Source of the DNA: Bugula neritina
Lineage: Eukaryota; Animalia; Bryozoa
DNA: 64,000 nt
Assembly (NCBI GenBank): GCA_964035545.1
Contig: OZ037765.1
Location: 4,040,698-4,104,697, forward strand
Reading direction: 5' to 3'
Shown: positions 27,808-38,624 of the stretch, one piece after another
How the letters are laid out: the number at the start of each line of letters is the position of its first letter
How positions within the stretch are numbered: the first letter of the stretch is position 1
Notes under the pieces: model-generated
The model's input: only the letters and a program-made list of their open reading frames with translations
Database searches by the model: none
What the model was told of the DNA's origin: nothing
Translations under genes and position numbers: made by a program

Positions 27808-29689
27808 CTCTAGCTTTATTTGTTATATTGGAAAGTCGAAGTGAGAATTTTAGGTTCAAGCAAAAAGATATAAGCTGTTCAGTTGAAGGGGTGTACTTGT
27901 AGAGTTGAAGATATCACGTTGGTTGCGAGGGATGAAATAGACTAAGTACTTAACACGTTGCCGAGGTTTTCTTAATGCAAGATTATTTTAATTTTAGAGT
28001 TGTGTCATTTTTCAACTAAAACCTATGCTTCGTGCATACACAAAAGTATTACGCAGCGATTACTAAAAAAATTGCTCGGTTAAGTACTTTTCCGCCGTTT
28101 TTGCAGAAATTTCCGCTTTTCCGTTTACGCAGTTTACAAAAACCGTAAATTATTACAACTTGTTTATCAAGATAAGTATAGTCCATGCCTGCAATATTTT
28201 GATACTTCCATGAAATAGTAACCATCAATAAAGATTTAAATTTCTTAAATGCAAAACAAAAATGGTACAGATATTGCTTTTGTGTGTCATACACATGTGG
28301 TATGCAAACCTTGGTTTATTATTTATAATTATACTCTATACTCTATAGTCTATAGTCTAGTAGTACGTATTTATAATCGCTATGACTAAGCGCAGACTAG
28401 TGGGCGTGGTTTAGCTTAAAGCGACCTTGATCCTTTTGGTTTTATAGCTGGTTCAGTGCTCGTTGTTTTTATGTTGCTTAGGAAGTTAGCTCGCGCACGC
28501 GCGTAAAAGTTACAGCGTGCCAAATGCATCGTTTTTTAAATAAGACTGTCTGCATCCTCTCCCCAGAGCGATTTGTTAAGCCTTAGACATTTTCAAAGAA
28601 ATGGCATCATGGGCCCATGGTTCGTTAGTTTCGAAAAGGCATTGAACTAAAACTTCCTTTTCTTTCAATCATCAATGGTAGGCTATAGGTTAACAATAAC
28701 TATTACTTTTGAAAAGTCTTAGCCTATTACTCAGGACAGCCTCCGAAAGATATTATTCATTTTCAAAATAATCTTAGTGAAAGGTAGTCAGTTTTGAAAG
28801 TAGACAAACAAGAATTAAATGACACTCACACTGGCAGAGCTTGAAGTTTATAAATAATCAATTAATTCGAGTTTCAAAGCGACTGACACTGGGCATAGAT
28901 ACAAGTACGAGTAATTACCATTTATAACTTCTATCATATTGATATTCAACATTTAGATAAGCTGATAACAGCTAAAACTAAAAGAAACTCACTCACCAGG
29001 ACTCGGCGAGACTAATTTTATTACCAATACCAAATACTAATGAAGTAAGATAATAGTAATACTAACACTATGTTCATAGGCATTCACTTACTTATAGTGA
29101 TAATACTATGGAGTATGGTACTAGTAGTAACACAAAAACTTGTGGTTGTAGTTATACACCTACACTTACAGTGAGTGTAATATTAAGTCAAATAGTAATA
29201 GTCATAGCCCATAGGCATAGCCATCAGTATCACTATGTATTAGACTTAATCTGAAAATAACTATAACTTAGTATTAGTAATACTAATATATATTAGTCTA
29301 ACACTAACATGTATTGGACTGAAAATGACTACAACTATTACTATTAGTATTGTGGTGGCTCGTGGAGCTACCAGCAACACAATACGCAAGGTTGCGTATT
29401 GACCCGGAACAATGTATTAGCCAATTAGCTAGGCTGTTTTATGAGTAATAGTAGCAGCTTCGCGCTACTAGCTCAGTTGAGGATAGTGCTGTAAATTAAA
29501 TAGACGTGCGTATCATTACTGTTGTACATTAGATTTTATTATGTATTCTTGTATTAAAATATAACGATATCTACTCGACTTAACTCGGTGAAGTTTCTCT
29601 AGTGATAAATAGACTCTCTTGGTGGCACATCAACCCTAAATCTGGAAAACATAACAGTGGTGGCAGCGGTGGGATAGTGTACATCAAAG

Positions 29690-30961
29690 ATGGAGACTGA
29701 AAATGCTAGAATGCAACCACCCCCAGTAGAAGGTGAGCGTAGAAATGCTGTTAATCCTGTGAATCGTGAGGGAGAAGAAGCTTATAGACATTGCTTGAAG
29801 GCTCCCACCTTTACTGGGTCGGAAGATGTCGAACAATTTATACAAGAATTTAGAGAGGTAATGGAGGTTGCTCAATGGCCGCATAGAGTGGCCCTTATTC
29901 AATTGCGGAGAGCGGTGACGGAGCAAGCCAAGCCGTACGGAGTAGGAACGGACGTAGACGGAATACTGGCTGCGCTGCGGGCCCGTTTTGGCATCTCCAC
30001 AATAGACGCTAGGACCAAGCTAGAGAGATTGTGCCGCAACCCGCGGACCTCGCTGCAAGAACATGCCGCGACGGTGAAGAAGCTGGCGCAGATTGCGTAT
30101 AGCGATCTGCCAGCACAACACCAAGAGCGTTACACCTATGACGCCTTTGTCCAGTCACTAAACGACCTGGGCCTAAACCATCAACTACGAGCTAAAGGGA
30201 TAACCAGAATAGAGGATGCCCTGAAGGCTGGAGAAGCTTACCTGTTGGCTACCCAAATGCATCGAGCACAACGGAGCCCACCAGTAGTTGGAGTCAGCGC
30301 TGCCAGGGCTACGACAGGCCCCGAAGCCCTCCCGCTGGAAGCCGAAGTGGACCGTATGGTAGAGATGCTGGGACAACTGGTAACCATTCTGGCCGGTGCT
30401 GGCCCCGGTCAGGCCCTGCGGGTGCCCCCAACACCTGTAGGGCAGGGCTGGAGTAGCGCTGATCAGGACCAGGGACAGAAAGGACGACCCCAATACCAGG
30501 GGGCGTTAAACTGTCACGGCCCGCGGACACTCCCTCCCCGCGGGCCGCAACTAAAGGAGTATGGTGGAACACGCCGTCGTCTGTCCGTACAGACACGACG
30601 GAACATTCCACCCGAGTGGCAGGTACCACGCAGGACTAGTAGGCCCGCACAACGGCCCAGTACCTTCTCCCTGCCACTCGCTAACCGGTTTCACCGGTTA
30701 CCTCGGGAAGAGGAGCCCGCCACTGAAGTGGAGCCAGAAGGCCCAGTGGAGAGCCCCAAACCCCGCCGGCACCAACCTCGCCGCCGGAAGCCCCGTAAAC
30801 CACGGGTGAAACCCCCGCCGTCCTGTCAATCCAGGACAGCACATGCGGGGGGTGAAAGTACAACCACATGGAGAGAGCTATTTCCTACCCGGAAAGGTGG
30901 CTGGCAACGCCGTCACTTTCCTGCTCGACTCCGGTTGTACTACCAACCTTCTCAGTCGTAG
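29690..30961 (+). CDS. gag: Gag, copy 3 (no zinc knuckle; ORF over-extended by an apparent +1 insertion near 30537)
   Basis: Aligns with A-type Gag through LN.GP; removing one C restores a stop at the homologous position. Confidence 0.85.
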   Translation: METENARMQPPPVEGERRNAVNPVNREGEEAYRHCLKAPTFTGSEDVEQFIQEFREVMEVAQWPHRVALIQLRRAVTEQAKPYGVGTDVDGILAALRARFGISTIDARTKLERLCRNPRTSLQEHAATVKKLAQIAYSDLPAQHQERYTYDAFVQSLNDLGLNHQLRAKGITRIEDALKAGEAYLLATQMHRAQRSPPVVGVSAARATTGPEALPLEAEVDRMVEMLGQLVTILAGAGPGQALRVPPTPVGQGWSSADQDQGQKGRPQYQGALNCHGPRTLPPRGPQLKEYGGTRRRLSVQTRRNIPPEWQVPRRTSRPAQRPSTFSLPLANRFHRLPREEEPATEVEPEGPVESPKPRRHQPRRRKPRKPRVKPPPSCQSRTAHAGGESTTTWRELFPTRKGGWQRRHFPARLRLYYQPSQS

Positions 30962-33900
30962 AGTCTTTGAGGCACTGCCCCGCCGGGACAGGGATAGAGT
31001 ACGACCGTATACTGGAGAACATGGCACCCTGGCAGACGGGTCATGTATCCCCTTTTATGGTATTATCGAGCTCCCTGGGCGTGTCCGAGATCAGGCTGTA
31101 CAGGAGACCTTTCTCATAGGTCAACTGGAGGAAGATGCTATCCTCGGAATGCCCTTCTTGAAGCATCACCAGTGCCGAATAGATTTTAGTAAGTCGGTGG
31201 TGCTGATGGGCGGGCGAGAACTCGCCTGTGTGGATAAGTTTGGGCGTCCTCTGGTGGGCGGTGTTCAGGTAGTTCGAAACTGCACCGTACCCGGACGCTC
31301 CAGAGCTACTATCCACTGCCGAGTGAACAGCAACCGGATAGCCAGGCTCGGGGTCGTTGAAAGCGCGCACGAAAGGATCCAACTCGCCAGTAGTTTAAAC
31401 CGACTAACTGAGCGAGGGGAGGTCTTAGTGCAGTGCGTCAACCCCTTTACCGAGCCCATTGAGCTCCCAGCTGGGTCAATGCTGGGCCGGTTCCATTCCG
31501 TCCAGGAAGAGGACGTGGGCCTGTCGCTGGGTGACGCGACGGAGGCACCCCCTCGACACCCTATTCAGGGACGAGGGGCAGTCCCAACACATCTCCGGGA
31601 GTTATACGAGACGGCCAGTAACGGCTGCGCGAGTAACAGAGAACGCCAAGCTATGGCTAAGTTACTACGCGACTACGGTGATGTGTTCAGCAGCGGAGAG
31701 CATGACGTGGGACTGACTGGAATTGTCAGACACGAAATACCGCTGACTGCAGGGACAGTCCCTGTCCGGCAGCCCACGCGCAGGCTGGGGCCGGAGAAAG
31801 AGAAGGAGGTTAGCCGACAAGTACGGGATCTTCTGGACCGGGGACTGATAGAGCCCGCCCATAGTGCGTGGAGCTCGCCAGTCGTACTGGTCCGGAAGAA
31901 AGACGGCAGTTGGCGGTTCTGTGTGGACTACCGCAAACTCAATAGCGTAACCATACAGGACGCCTACCCTCTACCTCGTATTGACGAGTCATTGGACGCC
32001 CTAGCCGGCAGCAAGTACTTCAGTACGTTAGACTTGCTAAGCGGCTATTGGCAGGTTCCTCTGAGTCCCGACGCCCAAGAGAAAGCGGCGTTTATCACAC
32101 GGGACGGTTTGTGGAAGTGGAAGGTGCTGCCCTTCGGGTTAACCTCCGCCCCAGCCACCTTCCAGAGGCTGATGGAACAAGTCCTTAGCGGACTCCATTG
32201 GAAGACACTGCTGGTCTACCTTGATGATGTCATCGTAATCTCTCCAGACTTCGAGACACATGTCAGTCGTCTGCAGGAGGTTTTCGAGAGACTCCGAGGT
32301 GCCGGTCTCAAGCTCAAACCTTCCAAGTGCGCTCTATTGCAGCCGGAGGTCAAGTACCTGGGGCACGTTGTCGGTCGAAACGGCGTGGCAACGGATCCCG
32401 AAAAGGTACGGGCGGTAGAAGACTGGGTCACCCCCCAAGACTTGACCGGACTCCGGGCTTTCTTGGGGCTGGTAGGGTATTACAGGCAATACATACCAGA
32501 CTTTGCGGGCATAGCCCAGCCGTTAAACCGGCTCACCGCAAAGGGAGTGACGTGGCAGTGGACCCCAGTCGAACAAGAAGCGTTCGACCGCCTCAAGGGT
32601 TGCCTACTAACGGCGCCCATCTTGGCCTACCCAGACCCCACTCTGGAGTACATCCTCGACACGGACGCCAGTGACCAAAATGTTGGCGCTGTGCTGTCAC
32701 AAGTGCAGGAAGGCCGAGAGGTAGTAGTAGCCTACTACAGCAAGTCTCTCTCACCCGCTGAACGAAATTACTGCACTACCCGCAAGGAGCTGCTGGCAGT
32801 AATCAAGTCAGTGAAGCACTTCAGACCATACCTATACGGCAGGAAGTTCCGGCTGCGTACGGATCATGCCTCGCTGATCTGGTTGTGCAAGAGAGCAGAG
32901 CCCTCTAGTCAGGTCGCCCGGTGGCTCGAAATCCTAGCTGAATTCTCATACCGGATCGAACATCGACCGGGCAAGAGACACAGCAATGCGGATGGGTTGA
33001 GTCGCCGACCTGACGGAGGTTGCAAACAGTGTCTCAACATCGAGAGGAGGGATGGAGGTCCCCCACGATGCGAGTTGGAGACGCTGGCTCACCACGGAGC
33101 ACCGTTTGACTGGGACCAGGGTCAACTCAGGCAGGGAGTTGATGAGTCCCCGGAGGATGTGAAAAACCTCCGCGCCAACCCTGTACTGGCCGGTAATGTT
33201 CGCGAGCTGAAGAAGCTCCAAGAAGAACTGCCTGGAGTCGTGGCAGACATATATCGGGCCAAAAGGGAAGGGCGACGACCCAGCGAGGAACGCATACGAC
33301 AGGGATGTGCCGAGTTCCGGCTATACTGTCAGCGTTGGGACTCGCTGCGGATCGGGCAGGATGGGTTACTAACCATCTCCCTAGCTGCCAGCGGCAGACA
33401 CCCGGAAAGGAAGAGGGTAGTCTGCCCCACGGCCATCCGCCGTGAGTTGATTTGGGATACTCACAAACAGGCCCACGCAGGGGTCAAGCGAGTGATATCC
33501 AAATTACGACTCCGGTGGTATTGGCCGCAGATGGAGCGTGACGTCCGGCTCAGAGTCAAACAGTGTGAGATCTGCCAGGCCAGTAAGCATAGCCGCCCCC
33601 CTGGTGAAGCAGGACGGCGGAGGCTATATGCTGGTAGGCCCTGGCAAGTAGTCGCTGTAGACCTGGTCGGACCCATGCCCCTGACCCCCAGAGGCAATAA
33701 TTGGATCCTAGTACTAACCGACCACTTTACTAGGTGGGCGGATGCTCTGGCTATCCCAGATGCATCAGCCCCAACAGTGGCCAGGGCACTAGACCAACAT
33801 GTATTCTGTTATTTTGGGCTTCCCGAACAGATACACTCTGATCAAGGCGCTCAATTCCAGTCTCAACTGATGAGCGACCTTTGCCACCTCTGGGGAGTAA

Positions 33901-35127
33901 ATCAGAGCAGGACCACCCCCTACCACCCTCAAGGTAACGGGGTGGTGGAGCGCAACAACCGGATGCTAGGTGATGCGCTCCGGAGTCTCCTCCTTGGACA
34001 AGGTCAAGAGGAATGGGATACGGTGTTGCCGCAAGTCATGCGTGCATACCGTAGCACCCCACACACCAGTACTGGTGAGACCCCAAACCTCTTGATGCTC
34101 GGGAGAGAGACTCGTGTCCCTGACCATCTCACCTATCACGTTCCAGAGCAAGACAACTCGGTTCACGAGTATGCCAGTGAACTAGTGGAACGGATGAAGG
34201 CCGCACACGATATACTGCGTCAACAGCAGTGGAAGGTGCGGCACGAAGATTCCGATGAACCACCTCTCTATCAAACGGGAGATAAGGTGTGGATGGTCAA
34301 TTACCGTAGGCGTCGCGGACAGGCTGATAAACTGAAGCCTAAGTTCGTAGGACCCTACGTGGTCGTCGAGGCTATGCCCAATCATACGTACAAGATTGAG
34401 CGCTCAGGACAGGTGTCTATCCAGAATGAGTCTCGCTTGAAACCGTATTGGGCTAGCCCCGACGGAGTGGGAGAAGCCCCCCCCGTTGTTAGAGCCCAGG
34501 AGGCAGACAACGACGCGCGGGCGACGGCGGCATAGACCTGAATACGAAGTGGTCATACCGCGGGAGGAAAACTTGGTGAGAGAGGAGCGGCAGCTTTTGT
34601 CAACAGAAGCGTGTCCGCCACCGCCAAGTCTAATTCTGTCACTTCCAGAAACCGAGCCGGTTCCGGAAGTGCAAACCCCCACGGAGGGAGGGGCTCCATC
34701 CGGAGAACAAGAAGAGGTGACCGCTAACGGTGAAGTAGAGACGCCATTAGAGGCCCCTACTAACGAACCGGCAAGCGTGTCACCCCCCCTAGAAAGGGGA
34801 CAGCGTACGAGGAAACCCCCACCATATTTAAAAGACTTCGTATGTGACTGCATTAGAAGCGGCGCACATGAAAGTCTAGGGGAAAACCGTACGATAAAAT
34901 GTTGGAGTTGTGAACCCCACGCAAATATCAACTTTTGCGTGGGCGGAATAGTGGGAGGAATTAATGCGCGTAAAGCAAATAGTTCCGACCTCGTGCCTCA
35001 GAAACGATGCTCAGCCTTTTCTTATGCTGACATCGCCAAAGGCAGACGTATCTCACAACCAGCTCCAACCTTACCAAGAACGTTGAGTATGGACATTAAT
35101 ACCGAGTTCCCAGGTAAGCCAGTATAA
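30843..35127 (+). pseudogene. pol: Pol, copy 3; catalytic domains open (30843-34535) but apparent frameshifts in the leader and tail
   Basis: LLDSG, YLDD, RNase H and integrase motifs. G6 run at 30847-30852; C8 run at 34477-34484 versus C7 in the other copies. Confidence 0.88.
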
Positions 35128-36218
35128 GTCTTGTATTCCTATTCATGGAAACGGGCTCGATGCCAGTAAATTCTGAACTAATTCAGCAGATTGAATCAGA
35201 ATTACTGGGAACCACGTTTCATGTGAATGACGATGAAGACACTGTAATGGCCGACGGTCTGTTAGACCTGGAGCTAGACACTGTTCTTGGTCAGTCCACA
35301 CATGATTCATCGGTTCCTCGTGTGCATTCCAAAAGCTGTGACTCTCAGGCTAGCAACGGTCGACAGTCACTAGAATTATGTTGTAAAGATCCACCGCGAT
35401 CTAACAATAATTCTACTTTTGTAGACACACTCGCGCCCGTCTCTCCGGGCATGCCTTCTCTAGAGATGGCGTGGGACCCAGAGCCGGCCCCAACAACTTC
35501 TACAACAAGGCAACTGCCACCCCAGTTGGAAGCAACCTCCAACTGGAGAACCCCTGCCACAGAGAGAGAGATTAGGACACATCAAGGAGGTGAGAGTAAT
35601 CGTGAATGCAACCTCTGCCAGCAGCGATTCACAACCCACCGCAGACTGAAAGTACACTTGCCGCAACACTACATCACCACTTTCTGCCCTTGCGGAGAAT
35701 ATAGCTACAATCGTGATTACCTACTGCGGCACCAACGTACTATGCAGTGTTATCAAGGGCATGTCTATGAAGTAGACGAATCATCCTATCCTGCCTTTCT
35801 CAACGCCATCAAACCACTCATCACTGACTCAGCTCGGCTATCTCGCCTGGAGCAAGGCTTCCCTTCCCCGCGACCCATCATCTCTGGAGCCGCAGATAAA
35901 CCTACACAGTCTACTAACTCTCCACCTCACAGTCCTCTACGCATGCCGCATACCTTTCCTCGTGTCGTACTACAGAGGGTAGACACAAATGCGTATACGC
36001 TCCCTCCTCCCCTTCCATCCTCAGAGCGGAAAAGACACAGACAGCCGACTTCCTCTCGCTCGTCCCCCTGGGCCCGCAACCTACGTGAAGTAGAAGCTAG
36101 GGCACACGACTTAGAGCAAGAAGTGTACAGACTGGCCCCACGGGTGCAGGCTGCATCCAGTGAACTCAAATATTTACAGGAGTCTATTAAACGCATGAAG
36201 CGTGCGGCCCGCAGTTAA
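35089..36218 (+). CDS. Gypsy ORF3, copy 3: divergent homolog (predicted exons 35089-35113 + 35425-36218, 272 aa; an unspliced 357-aa ORF from 35145 is also open)
   Basis: CNLC-X12-HLPQH, FCPCG..RH..C, YEVD..YPAFL..IKPL, basic tract, C-terminal heptads. Donor CAG|GTAAGC, branch CTAAC, acceptor CTTTTGTAG. Confidence 0.78.
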
Positions 36219-37636
36219 CTTGAGTCTATCTCCAACTCCATACTACTCTTCCCCTACCTCTCTGTGGCATTCCCTACCGTCATGGTGGCACGTACTCTAC
36301 ATGTAGATAGGACCTTCTCTTACTTATTACATATTGTGCACGTTATATATACCTGTATATTTTATCAGTTGTTGTTTTTTTGTATATACTTTGATACTGT
36401 TCTCTTACCCCTCCCCACAACGAAGTATACGTTTTTTTTATGGGAATTTTATTTTCATCAGAAAGAGGGCTTTCTGCTGGAGGGGGCAGTGTGGTGGCTC
36501 GTGGAGCTACCAGCAACACAATACGCAAGGTTGCGTATTGACCCGGAACAATGTATTAGCCAATTAGCTAGGCTGTTTTATGAGTAATAGTAGCAGCTTC
36601 GCGCTACTAGCTCAGTTGAGGATAGTGCTGTAAATTAAATAGACGTGCGTATCATTACTGTTGTACATTAGATTTTATTATGTATTCTTGTATTAAAATA
36701 TAACGATATCTACTCGACTTAACTCGGTGAAGTTTCTCTAGTGATAAATAGACTCTCTTGGTGGCACATCAACCCTAAATCTGGAAAACATAACAGTATT
36801 AGACTAATCAATATTACTATAACTACTAATACATTTTCAGTTTCAGTCCAATACATGTTAACTAGCACTATTACTTATCGCCTATGTTTTTGGCTGTATT
36901 ACTATGTAATAGTAATAGTAATATATAGTATATGTAATAATTAATTATAATTATGATACAATAGAAAGTCTGCTTGAACTGAACTCGGATGGTTTTTGTT
37001 TCATGTCTGATTTATAGTAAGTGAACGATTATTTATATGCCTAGTCAGTAGTCTTTTACTGAAAATAATATAAAATAATATAATATAGGTACATATAGTT
37101 AAATATATATGGTACATAGCGATAGTATGTAAACTATATTTAGTGCAATATTGTTATGTTTTTCAGATTTAGGGTTGATGTGCTATCCAGAGAGTCTATT
37201 TATTTGCTATAGAACTGCACCAGGATAAGTCGAGTGAACGAGTATATTTTACACACAATTATACATTATCAAAACGATACATTATATTCAAACAAGTTAC
37301 ACATCTAATCTATTTCACACTCTAGCTTCGACTGAGTTAACAGCGGGAAACTACAACTGCTGCTAACTATCAACTACGCTAATTGGCTATCCATTGTTCC
37401 GGGTCAATTACGCGACCCTACATGTTGTGCTGCTGGTAGTTCCACGAACCACCACACCGCCCCCACCAGCAGAAAGCCATCTTTCTGATGTATATATAAA
37501 AAAAACATTCATTAGTAACCACATACATCAGTGGACAAAAATAACACATAATATACAGGAAGAGACATAATAATAGACAGAGTCATCATAACGATCCGTT
37601 GCATACAATTGGCCAGCTGTAGATAGACGAGGAATA

Positions 37637-38600
37637 CTAGCTAGCTGTGGTGAATTCTTCTTGTAATCGCAGGAGGCGTTCTTCTACTGTGGCTAGGCGG
37701 ACTGGGTCTGGGGACGGTGTCCGTCTGCGGCGTAAGGGTGGACTGGGGGACCTGGTTCGTCTCTTCGTCGGGGTAGGGGAGATCTCTCCTTCTTCTGGAT
37801 ATGTAATTTCCTCGGGGGTGTATGTAATTTGAGGGCGGTCAGACACCAACGGGGATTGTTGGCGGGCGTTGTCTAACACACGTTGGAACCCCGAGGACAG
37901 AACGGCTAACAGCATGGCCTTCTTCACCAGAGGTCGTATAAGTGTGAGGAACTCCGGGTATAGCTTAGCGTCGACCACGTAGTTTTCTCCAGGGAAACAG
38001 CCCGCCGCTCGGTGTCTGGTGACGGGGTAGGGATACACATCATTGTACCCGCAGGGGCAGAATGTTAGTAGGAGATGAGCATTGACGTGTAGTTTAAGGG
38101 AGCGGTGAGAGGCGCAATCTTCACCACAGATCTGGCATCTCGTCCGTCCTCTGGACCCCCAGGCCGTTTCTATTTCTTCTTCTGTTTGTGGAGACACCCA
38201 CCGCCAACGGCGGCGTAGTGGCTCAGGCCGGTCACCACTAGCATACTCCTCCGGATACGGAGCGGGAAGTGTTCTATCCCGTACCCTGGTTGTAGCGGGT
38301 CGAGTGTAATCTGAAAAAGTTTCAACAGTGTTAATACAGTACACTGCCGTGTTGTCAGCTTGAACAGCTTGGCAACTCCTAATTCAGTTACCTCGTAGAG
38401 ATTTATGGTAGTGAATAGTCAGATAGAACACGTATTGCAATGAGATTATAAAAATCTCTAAGTCAAACTGAGTTCTTACTACGGTATTTCACTAACCTAT
38501 CTCCAGCTCGATTGACTCAGTGAGTCAGAGCTGAGCGATGCAATCTAGTTTCGTATTAAGATATAGTTAACTCACCCCACGATCTGTTGTCGTAAGACAT
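37637..38600 (-). pseudogene. ORF3, copy 4, C-terminally truncated (exons 38600-38576 + 38310-37637)
   Basis: ~223-bp deletion relative to copy 2, at a CACC microhomology near 37650, removes most of the coiled coil. Confidence 0.78.
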
Positions 38601-38624
38601 ACTGAATGTGTGAAATGGTTTGAA

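Larger units (their letters stand above)
23640..28145. mobile_element. Non-autonomous TIR DNA transposon, Mutator/MULE-like, carrying a USP-like gene
   Basis: Perfect 24-bp TIR CGGTTTTTGTAAACTGCGTAAACG at both ends; exact 9-bp TSD TAAATTATT (23631-23639, 28146-28154); no transposase recognised. Confidence 0.87.
29351..36795 (+). mobile_element. Ty3/Gypsy copy 3 (subfamily B; divergent LTR, gag, protease and ORF3 around an A-type RT-RH-IN core)
   Basis: LTRs 29351-29656 and 36490-36795 (306 bp, identical by eye), TSD GTAT, PBS 29658-29675. Confidence 0.98.
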
